Below are positions 9,907-19,021 of a DNA stretch of 64,000 nt, piece after piece. The first letter of the stretch is position 1; each line of letters begins with the position of its first letter. A program made the translations under genes and the position numbers. Origin of the DNA: Candidatus Hydrothermus pacificus (GTDB lineage Bacteria > Hydrothermota > Hydrothermia > Hydrothermales > Hydrothermaceae); the NCBI GenBank assembly GCA_002011615.1, contig MTOH01000018.1, positions 1,749 through 65,748 on the forward strand, read 5' to 3'. The notes under the pieces are model-generated. The model made no database searches, was not told the DNA's origin, and saw only the letters and a program-made list of their open reading frames with translations.

Positions 9907-12055
9907 TCTTTATAACCTTAAATTTCTTACCCGTATTCTTTTCCTTTAAAATATAGGCTCCTGATTTCAGTTCACTGATTCTAATCCTGCCATTTAAAAG
10001 ATTGATTCTGTGATTTAATTTTCTTCCTGAAAGATCATAAATTTCAAACTTTAAACCATCTATGTTTGAGTTAAAGTAAAGATAGTCTCTAAAAACATTT
10101 CCTAAAATCAATCTATATTTATGAGTTGCTTCGTATTCATCAACTTTTATGAGGTTGGTTGCGAAGATACTTCTTCCTCCGGGATGAGCATAAACAAGGT
10201 TTCCGTTGCCCGCAACTATCCCATTGAAATAAACATTTGAGAGAACCGTATCAACAAAAACAGGGGTTCCAGCACCCTGTGTATAGTATATAAACTGCTG
10301 CAGGGAAGTATCGCTCAGAAGGGCATAAACCCAGCCGTCCTCAGAAGCATATATGCTGTTTATATTGTAAGAACTTAAAAATATTGTATCAAGGTTATTC
10401 GTCTCTATATTTAATGAGTAAAGGTTTGTGGGGTCAGATAAGTAAAGAATTCTGTTCGCCTCATCATAACTCATATCGTCAATCCCCGGAAGATAAAAGA
10501 GAAATCCGAAACTCGTCCCTGCATCATAGGAATAAAAGATTGTATCACCCTCTGTTAATACAAAAATTGTGTCCCTGAAATTATCACAAAGATTAATTCC
10601 TGAAGATATTGAAAAAATTGTGTCAAAGGAATTACCAGCATCAAAAGACCTTACGAGGTTTGAGTCGTTATACATAAATATTGTGCTATCAGAATTCCCG
10701 AGCATTATATCACTGTAAGATAACAGGTCTGTTGAATCATTAACAGGTGAAAAAGAATTACCTCCGTCGTTTGAAACCCACAGTGTGTGGATTATCAAAT
10801 TTGTTCCTGAAAATCTCATGTGGGGATTTGAAAGAAATATTGTGCTTGTGCTATTCTTTGAAAAACTAATACAGGAATAACCAAAAAAGGATGGGTGACC
10901 CAGAAAGTTCATCTCTGAAGGGGTTTGAGTTCCATAAAATTTAAAAGGAATTCCACCCATGTCTATAACACAAACAGTATCCCTCACAATTGAAAACATA
11001 CCTCTTTCCATAAAAATACATGCCCTTAGACTGTCCTTTAAGTTTGTCCAGGAATTTCCGTTATTAAAGGAAACATAAATTCCGTTGTTGGAACCACAGT
11101 ATATCCTGTTCCCGGCTTTTTCAAACATAAAGGGAATAGAAGTTGTATCACAGGGCTGAGCAATCCAGTTACCCATAACCTGATAAGATTTAAAAATCCC
11201 GGGATTTAAAACTGATGAAATTATAATTGTGTCAGGATAAACAAAAATACCATCACTTGCGGATAAAACCCCAAAAAGAGCGAGTGTAGCGAGGTGATTC
11301 CATGTGAAACCCCCATCGTTTGTCATAAGAATTCCTGTATCAGGAACAAAGGCAAGCATTGTATTTGAATTAAACGGGCTTATCCTTAAAGAAGTTATCA
11401 TTCCCAATGGTAACGTGTCCCTCATTTCAAAGGTATTTCCTCCATCCTGGGAATAATAAAATATTGCAGGAGGTCCAAATGAAAATACACCAATATTATC
11501 TGAATTTGAAGGGTCAACTGAAATTATATAGTTTGTATCTGAAAGGATATTAATTCCTGGAATATTTGAAACAAAGTTAAAACTCTGTCCTCCATCAAGG
11601 GACTTAAAAAGGGAATCAGGTAAGGAAATCAAATAAACTGTATCAGAGTGGTCTCCTGAAATAAACATAATTTCAGAAGACCATGAAGTTGTATCAATTG
11701 TCTGCCAGTTATCCTGTGTGAAATAAAGACCATTTCTTGACGCAACAATACCCTTTGAAGGGGAGGAAAGGATACCCGGTGAATTGTATATGGGAAAAAC
11801 ATAGTCAAGACCGTTTACAATTCTGAAGAAATTTTCACCGTTCTCCTTTTTCCAAATATCGGTCATGCTTGGTGCAAGAACCCTATCAGTCAGTGAAGGG
11901 TGAGAAAGAGGTTTTGAAATTATACCTCCTTCAGGACCTATCCATTGCCAGTTGGACTGAAGAACATTTTCTGACTTTTTGAACCTGAATTTCTTAACAT
12001 CTGTCCTTTCAAAAGGGAAATAAAAAACAGCAACAATTATTATTACATTCACCAT
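9899..12055 (-). CDS. secreted BNR/Asp-box repeat beta-propeller protein with T9SS C-terminal sorting domain
   Basis: Repeated S/T-x-D-G-G-x-T/S-F/W motifs (LDGGQSFN, SQDGGNTFE, TNDGGFTWN, FNNGNSWTN, SNDGGNSFS, FDAGNSFD, YDAGTSFG). Signal peptide. C-terminus LKFEIYDLSGRKL...GAYILKEKNTGKKFKVIKID fits the T9SS CTD pattern. Confidence 0.7.
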   Translation of the reverse strand: MVNVIIIVAVFYFPFERTDVKKFRFKKSENVLQSNWQWIGPEGGIISKPLSHPSLTDRVLAPSMTDIWKKENGENFFRIVNGLDYVFPIYNSPGILSSPSKGIVASRNGLYFTQDNWQTIDTTSWSSEIMFISGDHSDTVYLISLPDSLFKSLDGGQSFNFVSNIPGINILSDTNYIISVDPSNSDNIGVFSFGPPAIFYYSQDGGNTFEMRDTLPLGMITSLRISPFNSNTMLAFVPDTGILMTNDGGFTWNHLATLALFGVLSASDGIFVYPDTIIISSVLNPGIFKSYQVMGNWIAQPCDTTSIPFMFEKAGNRIYCGSNNGIYVSFNNGNSWTNLKDSLRACIFMERGMFSIVRDTVCVIDMGGIPFKFYGTQTPSEMNFLGHPSFFGYSCISFSKNSTSTIFLSNPHMRFSGTNLIIHTLWVSNDGGNSFSPVNDSTDLLSYSDIMLGNSDSTIFMYNDSNLVRSFDAGNSFDTIFSISSGINLCDNFRDTIFVLTEGDTIFYSYDAGTSFGFLFYLPGIDDMSYDEANRILYLSDPTNLYSLNIETNNLDTIFLSSYNINSIYASEDGWVYALLSDTSLQQFIYYTQGAGTPVFVDTVLSNVYFNGIVAGNGNLVYAHPGGRSIFATNLIKVDEYEATHKYRLILGNVFRDYLYFNSNIDGLKFEIYDLSGRKLNHRINLLNGRIRISELKSGAYILKEKNTGKKFKVIKID

Positions 12056-12058
12056 TTT

Positions 12059-12919
12059 TCACCTCCTATCATGCACCTTCAATCTTATATTATCAATAAG
12101 CCTTGCTTTTCCTATAAAAACTGCAAGGGCAATCATTATATCCCCCTTTATTTTTTTCAAGGGTTTCAAATTTTCAATATCAACAATTTCAACATATTGA
12201 ATTTTACCGAGGGGAACATTTTTACTTATAAATTTTTTTATCTCCTCTTTTAATTTTTCAGCATTTCTTTCACCCTTTTCTATAATTTCCTTTCCATATA
12301 AAAGGGCTTTATACAAATAGGGAGCCTGTTTTCTCTCTCCCTCATTTAAATACCAGTTTCTTGAACTCATCGCAAGACCATCTTTTTCTCTCACTGTTTC
12401 AACTCCTACCACCTCTATATCAAAGTTTAAATCTCTTGTCATCCTCTTTATAACAAGGAGTTGCTGTGCATCTTTCCAGCCAAAAAATGCAAGATGTGGC
12501 CTGACAATGTTGAAAAGTTTTGCAACTACAGTTGTAACACCTCTGAAATGTCCGGGTCTGTACTTACCGCATAGACCCTCGGTTAAACCTTCCACCTCAA
12601 CATAGGTGGAAAAGTTTTCCTCGTACATCTCCCCGACATGAGGAACAAAAACACAGTCAACCCCTTCCCTCTTGCACTTCTCAAAATCTCCCTCTTCGTC
12701 CCTTGGATAATCTCTATAATCTTCCTTAGGACCAAATTGAATCGGGTTTACAAATATACTGACAACAACAAAATCAGTTTTTTTTCTTGCAGTTCTTATA
12801 AGTTCAAGATGCCCTTCATGAAGTGCACCCATTGTTGGAACAAAACCTATTATTTTACCTTCCCTTCTTTTTTCGTCTGAAATCTTCTGCATCTTTTTTA
12901 TTTCTCTCACAATAATCAT
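12059..12919 (-). CDS. panC: pantoate--beta-alanine ligase
   Basis: IGFVPTMGALHEGHLELIR (HIGH-type motif), FVNPIQFGPKEDY and the C-terminal domain are typical of PanC. 4-nt overlap with folK. Confidence 0.9.
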   Translation of the reverse strand: MIIVREIKKMQKISDEKRREGKIIGFVPTMGALHEGHLELIRTARKKTDFVVVSIFVNPIQFGPKEDYRDYPRDEEGDFEKCKREGVDCVFVPHVGEMYEENFSTYVEVEGLTEGLCGKYRPGHFRGVTTVVAKLFNIVRPHLAFFGWKDAQQLLVIKRMTRDLNFDIEVVGVETVREKDGLAMSSRNWYLNEGERKQAPYLYKALLYGKEIIEKGERNAEKLKEEIKKFISKNVPLGKIQYVEIVDIENLKPLKKIKGDIMIALAVFIGKARLIDNIRLKVHDRR

Positions 12920-13428
12920 ATTCTCAAAGCCTCCCTCTGAATAACCTTTTTAACTTTATTTTTATAATTATTAATTATAAATTCTTTTATACTTCTTTTT
13001 AAAACAGGATGAAACCAGTTTTTTAAGACCTCCTGCATCGGAATTAAAACAAATCCCCTTTTGTGCATCAGAGGATGGGGAATTTTTAAATCCCTTTCAT
13101 TTAAAACCAGATTTTCGTAAAAAATTATATCTATATCAAGGGTTCTGGGAGAAAATCTGTATTCTCTTTTTCTTCCGTATTTATTCTCTATCTCCTGAAT
13201 TTTTTTTAAAAGTTCATAGGGGGAAAGTTCTGTATAACCTGTCACAAAGGCGTTTAAATATTCTCTCTGATCCCTCACCCCCCATGGTTCTGTAATATAA
13301 ATTGAGGAAAATTTTATATTTCTTAGAATTTCTTTTAATTCTGAAATCCCCTTTATTATGTAGAAAAGTCTGTCTCCCTTATTTGAGCCAATGGAAAAAC
13401 CGGTATAGTTTATTTTATAAGAATTAAT
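12916..13428 (-). CDS. folK: 2-amino-4-hydroxy-6-hydroxymethyldihydropteridine pyrophosphokinase (HPPK); 5' boundary uncertain, no canonical start codon
   Basis: Conserved HPPK motifs are in frame: ...YTGFSIGSNKGD..., SSIYITEPWG, YRFSPRTLDIDIIFY, IPHPLMHKRGFVLIPM. The first GTG/ATG/TTG in frame (GTG at 13276..13278) lies after the conserved N-terminal GSN and ETEP motifs. The frame is open upstream to an in-frame TAA at 13432..13434. The only in-frame start-like codons upstream are ATT (13426..13428) and ATA (13411..13413). The coding region overlaps the stop (13410..13412) of the preceding gene. Confidence 0.7.
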   Translation of the reverse strand: MNSYKINYTGFSIGSNKGDRLFYIIKGISELKEILRNIKFSSIYITEPWGVRDQREYLNAFVTGYTELSPYELLKKIQEIENKYGRKREYRFSPRTLDIDIIFYENLVLNERDLKIPHPLMHKRGFVLIPMQEVLKNWFHPVLKRSIKEFIINNYKNKVKKVIQREALRI

Positions 13429-14504
13429 TTTTTAACAAAACCTTTTGTTTTTAAAATGTAAATTCCGGGTTTCAAGTTTATTTTTGTCTTCCCTCTACCC
13501 GAAAGCAAAAATAATAATTTTTTTCTTCCAGAAATGTCATACACGGAAAGGATGAATTTTTTATTTCCCGGAAGAGAATACACGAGATAACCATCTTTAA
13601 AACTTATTTTCACTTTCTCAAAATCCAGTGGTTTTTCCTCCAGTCCCAGAGTGAGCCAATCGACTGCTCTCTTCAAAAGTTCGGCTCTTTTATTAAAATC
13701 CGATACTGTCTCAAATCCAAGATTTGTATATATTATCTTATACCCATTAATGGTGTCGTATTTTTGAACACCTGCTTTTATAAGGACTGAATCCGTTGAA
13801 TCATGCACCCACAGGTTATAGGCAAGAGTATCTATAGGGAATAAATAATCAAGCCAGCAAGGCACAGTATCGGAAGTATCTGAGTATACTTCTTTAGAAC
13901 TGAAATATCCGGAAATTCCCTGAAATATTCCGTTTGAATCACCTTCAAATATTCCTCCAAATTTAACAAAAGTATCTTGAACAACCTTAGAAAGTCCTAA
14001 ATAATTGTAAGGGAACTGTCCTGAAGAAAAATTTCCTGCATTTGGATATCTATCATAAAAATAATCCTGTGAGGATAAAAGGAGCTTTCCTCCAAGAGAA
14101 TCAAGGTAAAAGCCGAGAGTGCTCTCATCCTTTGCTTCAAGTGTTGACCAGTAATTCGAATTCCAGCATTCACCTGTATACCAGATAACAACATCGTAAT
14201 TTTTTAAAATAGATGTATCAGGTCCTGGACTATTTTCTTTTATCTCATATACATCGTATTCCCCTGCATAGTATACATCAAGTGCCTGAGTCCAGTAGGA
14301 TTGAAGGTCCGGATATAAAGTATCCCCCTGAGGATTGTCATAATCTCCTCCATCATCATCAACAAGAAGTATCCATGCCTGAGGATTTTTAATTGTAAAT
14401 TCGCCATTTTTTAGATATGAGGGGGAAGATTTAACAGGGTTTTTGTTTTCAGGAGTCCTGTGGACTCCTGTGCTTATCAGCACCACCATAATTATTTTTA
14501 CCAT
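13410..14504 (-). CDS. secreted protein with T9SS C-terminal sorting domain; contains a domain paralogous to the central domain of 5280..8348
   Basis: Signal peptide. WILLVDDDGGDYD...YDVVIWYTGECWNS...GGKLLLSSQDYFYD aligns with the corresponding block in 5280..8348. C-terminus FILSVYDISGRKKLL...KPGIYILKTKGFVKKLILIK fits the T9SS CTD pattern. Confidence 0.6.
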   Translation of the reverse strand: MVKIIMVVLISTGVHRTPENKNPVKSSPSYLKNGEFTIKNPQAWILLVDDDGGDYDNPQGDTLYPDLQSYWTQALDVYYAGEYDVYEIKENSPGPDTSILKNYDVVIWYTGECWNSNYWSTLEAKDESTLGFYLDSLGGKLLLSSQDYFYDRYPNAGNFSSGQFPYNYLGLSKVVQDTFVKFGGIFEGDSNGIFQGISGYFSSKEVYSDTSDTVPCWLDYLFPIDTLAYNLWVHDSTDSVLIKAGVQKYDTINGYKIIYTNLGFETVSDFNKRAELLKRAVDWLTLGLEEKPLDFEKVKISFKDGYLVYSLPGNKKFILSVYDISGRKKLLFLLSGRGKTKINLKPGIYILKTKGFVKKLILIK

Positions 14505-16150
14505 ATCACTTCTTGGTTTCTAATTAAAAAAATTTTTTTAATTTTTGATTTATCCATTACAAAATAAACACCCGGTTTAAGAGAGGATGGGGATTTAAAC
14601 CTTAAAATTCTTCCTGTTTTATCAAAAATAAACTTTCCTTTAAACCTTGCAATTTCAGGAATTCTATAATTTTCTTTAACAGATACAGGGATTATTGAAA
14701 AGGCATTCGGTGTTATGGCAACTGCTGAATCATTCTGAACCTTTAATGTGTATTTTATATAACAGCTGTTTGAGGAGTAATTTGAAGGGATTAACCACTG
14801 ATATCTTCCGTTGTCAGGCAAATTGTCTGCTATTAAATACCAAGGTCCTGAAGGTCCGCTCAGAGAAATCTCCAGCTTTACATAACCCTGACCAGATGGG
14901 ACAGCACTTATCCAGTCAATAAACCTTACAGAACCCGCATACAGATTTTCTCCTCCCTTCGGATATACAGGTTTTATTTCAAGTTGAGAAGGGGTAGAAG
15001 CCTCTTTAAAAAATTTAACTTTATTTATATAACTCCACCAGCTTCCTGAATCAGCAACTATAACGATGTCAGGAAATCCGTTGTGGTCCGCATCCCTTCC
15101 TGTTCTGAAGGCCGATAGGTCTCCTGGGGAAGGGAGTGTAAATCCGGTTTCGTATGTCCAGTTTCCGCTTCCATCCCCCAGATAAAGCTCAAATATGCCA
15201 TTACCATAAACGCAAAGGTCAATGTAGCCGTCCATATTCATATCAAAAAGCTGTGTTGCCTGATAATTCCCGGATGAGGGTAAATTACCCGAATAATCAA
15301 CCCATAAATCCTGATTTTCATCATAACACCATACCTCTATCCCATCATCTGTATTTATAAATGCCAAGTCCATCCCTCCATCATTATCAACATCTCCCAG
15401 TGAAACACCCGGTCTTCCAAGAGAACCTCCAGGAGGCAAATTTCCATCTGCACCTGTAAAGTTACCGGCACCATCACCAAAATAAACTGTTCCGTATTGA
15501 TGAGCCACGGCAAAATCCATATTACCATCGTTGTTCACATCACCAAATACAAAATCCATTGTTGAATTTCCACCGAGAAATCCGAATGTATGTGTCCATG
15601 TACCATCACTGTTATTTATGTACAGATGAACACCATCATCAGCACCGAAAGAATTTGCGCCTATATCTAAAAGTCCGTCATTGTTTATATCCGCAAAATC
15701 TGTTCCGAACATTCCCCAGTCCTGTCCTTCATTTGCAAGGTTGTCATCCCATGGAATCCAGTTCATACCTGTTCCATCACCGAGTGCAACTTCTGTTAGC
15801 TGGTCTCCAAAATCATTGCTTGAATAGTTGTGATGCATTGAATATCCTGCATCCTTATAACCGTCGTTGTTCACATCCCCTATTGCAATACCGCCGTATC
15901 CGAAATCTCCATTCATATAGTTTGACCAGCTGCCCTGACCATCTCCAAAATAAACCATTATTCCATGCTCCTGAGTGTTTACATAAGGGGAGCCATGGTC
16001 GCCAATGGTTAAAAGGTCTATATTGCCATCATCATTTACATCCTCCATTTCAATCTCACTTCTTCCACCTTCCCACTCAGGATAGGAAAGACCGTTTGAT
16101 GAGGGAATATATGAAAGAGAGAAAATTATTGAAATTAATAAATGATACAT
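14498..16150 (-). CDS. secreted FG-GAP/integrin-alpha-like repeat protein with T9SS C-terminal sorting domain
   Basis: Seven calcium-binding-like D-x-N/D-x-D-G-x-x-D repeats (DVNDDGNIDL, GDVNNDGYKDA, DINNDGLLDI, GDVNNDGNMDFAV, GDVDNDGGMDLAF, DMNMDGYIDL, DADHNGFPDIV). C-terminus GKFIFDKTGRILRF...KPGVYFVMDK fits the T9SS CTD pattern. Confidence 0.7.
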   Translation of the reverse strand: MYHLLISIIFSLSYIPSSNGLSYPEWEGGRSEIEMEDVNDDGNIDLLTIGDHGSPYVNTQEHGIMVYFGDGQGSWSNYMNGDFGYGGIAIGDVNNDGYKDAGYSMHHNYSSNDFGDQLTEVALGDGTGMNWIPWDDNLANEGQDWGMFGTDFADINNDGLLDIGANSFGADDGVHLYINNSDGTWTHTFGFLGGNSTMDFVFGDVNNDGNMDFAVAHQYGTVYFGDGAGNFTGADGNLPPGGSLGRPGVSLGDVDNDGGMDLAFINTDDGIEVWCYDENQDLWVDYSGNLPSSGNYQATQLFDMNMDGYIDLCVYGNGIFELYLGDGSGNWTYETGFTLPSPGDLSAFRTGRDADHNGFPDIVIVADSGSWWSYINKVKFFKEASTPSQLEIKPVYPKGGENLYAGSVRFIDWISAVPSGQGYVKLEISLSGPSGPWYLIADNLPDNGRYQWLIPSNYSSNSCYIKYTLKVQNDSAVAITPNAFSIIPVSVKENYRIPEIARFKGKFIFDKTGRILRFKSPSSLKPGVYFVMDKSKIKKIFLIRNQEVIW

Positions 16151-16166
16151 AAAATATCACCCCCTT

Positions 16167-16397
16167 TTAATTTTTACTGAAAATAATTTTATTTATTTTT
16201 AAGGGAATTAATTTTGAATAAATTATAACTATTGTTCTGTCCTTCAAGAATATAAAATCTTTATCTAAATCATCATCTTTATCAAATATATACTCGATTT
16301 TTCTCTTTCTCACAATATCTCTTGGTGGTATATAAGGAATATAGGCAGTATTAAAAAGAAACATTATTAAGAATGAACTCAATATTTTCTTCACCAT
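16167..16397 (-). CDS. small hypothetical protein with N-terminal hydrophobic segment
   Basis: 76-aa ORF. Overlaps the 3' end of the rimO-like gene by 7 nt on the same strand. No motif recognised. Confidence 0.3.
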   Translation of the reverse strand: MVKKILSSFLIMFLFNTAYIPYIPPRDIVRKRKIEYIFDKDDDLDKDFIFLKDRTIVIIYSKLIPLKINKIIFSKN

Positions 16398-17635
16398 AAC
16401 TCACCTTCTATATCCAGATTTCTTTTTATATTCTTTATTTTTAAAGGATAAAAGTTCGGAATGTCAAGCCGCCTGTTCTTTTTGATAACGACTTCAAAGT
16501 CAACTTCAGGTGCATCAAATTCGCTTCTCCCTTTATAAAAATTTGCATTTTCTTCACAAATTAAAACCTTTAATTTTTTCCCGATTAAATTTTTCTGACT
16601 CTCCCTCATAATTCTTCCTGCAAGTTTTCCAACCTCTTTAAATCTTTCTTCTATAATTTTTGCTCCCGGCTCTTTAAGATTAAAACTCTCTGTTCCCTTT
16701 TCTTTTGAATATTTAAAAATTGCCATCCTGTTAATTTTATACTCCTTAAGTTTTTCAATCAATTCTTTAAAGTCCTTTTCATCTTCTCCTGGAAATCCAA
16801 CAATTAACTCTGACCTTATATAAAAATTGTCTCCAAATCTCTCCCTTATTTTTTCAATTACCTCCAGAACCTTTTTCCTTCCTCCTCTTCTTCTCATATT
16901 TTTAAGAATTTTTGCAGAAAAATGCTGAATAGGTATATCCATATAATTAATAATTTTATCAGAACTTTCTATAATATCAAGAAGTTCATCATCAATATCT
17001 GCAGGATGCATATACATTATCCTTATCCAGTAATCTCCTTTAATTGAATCTATTCTTCTCAAAAGTCTCTTAAAATACGGTCTGCCATACAGGTCTTTGC
17101 CATACTGCCCCGTTGATTGAGAAATCAACACAATTTCCTTGAATCCGAGTTTTAAAAGAAATCTTATCTCCTGAAGAATATCCTCCATCTCTCTGCTTCT
17201 AAGTTTGCCTCTTATATCAGGAATTGTGCAGAAAGAACATTTTTCATCGCATCCTTCGGATATTTTAACATAGATATACCCTTTTGTTAGAAAGAACCTG
17301 GGAGAATCGGGTAATATACTGCTTTTATCAACATTATGAAAAACAAGGTCAATTTCAGGAAAGTCCTTTTTTATTTTTTTACCCAGTCTCAAACTAATGC
17401 AACCACCAATTCCTATGAAGTCTATCTCACCTTTTTTCTTTTTATCTACATATCTGCTGATAACATCGTAGCTTTCATCAATTGCAGATTTTATAAAGGC
17501 ACAGGTTTGAATAAACACATATCTACCTTTTTTTGAGTATTCAAAGCCCTTTTCAAGAAGTTCTCCTATCAAATGTTCCGTATCAACAAGATTCTTGGGG
17601 CATCCCAGAAAAACAACCTTGAATTTTTTATTCAA
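16391..17635 (-). CDS. rimO: radical SAM methylthiotransferase, RimO-like (ribosomal protein S12 Asp methylthiotransferase)
   Basis: N-terminal MTTase domain (KVVFLGCPKNLVDTE...QTCAFI). Radical SAM motif YVKISEGCDEKCSFCTIPDIRG. C-terminal TRAM-like region with DAPEVDFEVVI. Collinear with E. coli RimO. Confidence 0.78.
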   Translation of the reverse strand: MNKKFKVVFLGCPKNLVDTEHLIGELLEKGFEYSKKGRYVFIQTCAFIKSAIDESYDVISRYVDKKKKGEIDFIGIGGCISLRLGKKIKKDFPEIDLVFHNVDKSSILPDSPRFFLTKGYIYVKISEGCDEKCSFCTIPDIRGKLRSREMEDILQEIRFLLKLGFKEIVLISQSTGQYGKDLYGRPYFKRLLRRIDSIKGDYWIRIMYMHPADIDDELLDIIESSDKIINYMDIPIQHFSAKILKNMRRRGGRKKVLEVIEKIRERFGDNFYIRSELIVGFPGEDEKDFKELIEKLKEYKINRMAIFKYSKEKGTESFNLKEPGAKIIEERFKEVGKLAGRIMRESQKNLIGKKLKVLICEENANFYKGRSEFDAPEVDFEVVIKKNRRLDIPNFYPLKIKNIKRNLDIEGELW

Positions 17636-18111
17636 ATCACCTTGGGATTTGCTTTATAAGAGGTCACCAAAATCTCTCCACTTTCAACATCAAATTCCAC
17701 GCTTCTGCCGTAATCCATATCCACATCCTCAGCCACTATTCTGACCCCAATTTCAGAAAAGGTTTTCCTTGCTTCAAGAATATTTCTCTCACCGACACTC
17801 CAGGGACTTTTGAATCCCGGTATTGAGAAAACTCTTGCTCCCCCTACCAGCTTGGCAATCATATTCTCTTTCCTGCATCCCATATTTTCCATGTCTTCTA
17901 CAATTTTTTTTATGGCAGTGTTTACAAATTTATAAGGGTTTGAGGGGTTTTTATCTCTTGCGCTCGGGAGCATTGAATGAGAAAACCCTGCGATTTTTTT
18001 CTCTGTATCATAAATGACTATAACAAGACACGAACCGAGTCCTATAACTCCAAGCTTTTTCTTCCCATTCACTATTCGGGCTTCACCTATTTTAACAAAT
18101 TCTATTTCCAC
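17632..18111 (-). CDS. cheD: chemoreceptor glutamine deamidase CheD
   Basis: GVIGLGSCLVIVIYD...KIAGFSHSMLP...MIAKLVGGARVF...VGERNI matches the CheD family including the catalytic Cys/His region. No other che genes in the window. Confidence 0.82.
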   Translation of the reverse strand: MEIEFVKIGEARIVNGKKKLGVIGLGSCLVIVIYDTEKKIAGFSHSMLPSARDKNPSNPYKFVNTAIKKIVEDMENMGCRKENMIAKLVGGARVFSIPGFKSPWSVGERNILEARKTFSEIGVRIVAEDVDMDYGRSVEFDVESGEILVTSYKANPKVI

Positions 18112-19020
18112 TTATTTTCCTTCTCTGTATTTTTGAATCGCTTCCTGCGCCTCAATAAATTCAGGGTCAATTTCCAGAACTCTTTCCCAGCTTTCAAATG
18201 CCTTTTCTATCTCTCCTTTTTTATAGAGAGCAAGCCCCATATTGTAGAGAATTTCAGGAAATTCTCTTGAAAATTTCAAGCCTTTATCAAAAATCTCAAC
18301 TGCCTTCTCAAAATTTCCCCCCTCATAGTAAATAATACCAAGATTGTTGAAAATCTCTTTTGAAGAAATGCCCTTATCCATAAGCTCTTCAAAGATTTGT
18401 TTTGCGCTATTTCTGTCCCCCTTTTTCAGAAGAATTGTTGCTTCAAGAATTCTAAATCTGGTATCTTTTTGAGCATCCTTCACCTTTTCAATTTCCTCCC
18501 ATGCAAGGTCATACTCTCCTCTTGAAAAAAGAAATAGTATTTTTTCGTAAATGGAACTTAACTTCAATTGCTCCTGAATTTTCTCATAATTTTCTACCCT
18601 CTTTTTAAAATCTTCTGCAATTTTCTGCATCTCCTGTATCATTTTCTCAAAGTCTGCCTTTTCTTGTGAAACAGAATTTTTCAACTCTTCCAGTTTTTGC
18701 AAGATTTCGGGAAACACACCTGTTTGCTTTTCTATGCTTTCTGAAACCCGGGCTATCTTCTCTGCAAATTCCTTACCTGTTTTTTCATAAACTTCCTTCA
18801 GAAGAATGAGACTGCCCTGATTATCAGCAAATCCTTTTTCAATAGAAGATGTTATTTTTGTGGATAACAGATTAAAAGGGGTTCTGTCAACAAATGTGCA
18901 TGTATTCTGAGTCCAGAAAAAACATTTATCACCCTGACACATTACCTCTATAACCCTGGTAATGGTTTTACCTTCTTTTTCTTCCCATATTGCTTGAGAT
19001 AAAAAAGGGCACATTTTCAT
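18112..19020 (-). CDS. TPR repeat protein with N-terminal Cys cluster and coiled-coil
   Basis: N-terminal CPF...CQGDKC...C (4 Cys, possible metal site). Central coiled-coil (EKQTGVFPEILQKLEELKNSV...). C-terminal TPR repeats (AEAILLKKGDRNSAKQIFEELM, NLGIIYYEGGNFEKAVEIFDKGL, YNMGLALYKKGEIEKAFESWERVLEIDP). Confidence 0.5.
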   Translation of the reverse strand: MKMCPFLSQAIWEEKEGKTITRVIEVMCQGDKCFFWTQNTCTFVDRTPFNLLSTKITSSIEKGFADNQGSLILLKEVYEKTGKEFAEKIARVSESIEKQTGVFPEILQKLEELKNSVSQEKADFEKMIQEMQKIAEDFKKRVENYEKIQEQLKLSSIYEKILFLFSRGEYDLAWEEIEKVKDAQKDTRFRILEATILLKKGDRNSAKQIFEELMDKGISSKEIFNNLGIIYYEGGNFEKAVEIFDKGLKFSREFPEILYNMGLALYKKGEIEKAFESWERVLEIDPEFIEAQEAIQKYREGK

Positions 19021-19021
19021 T

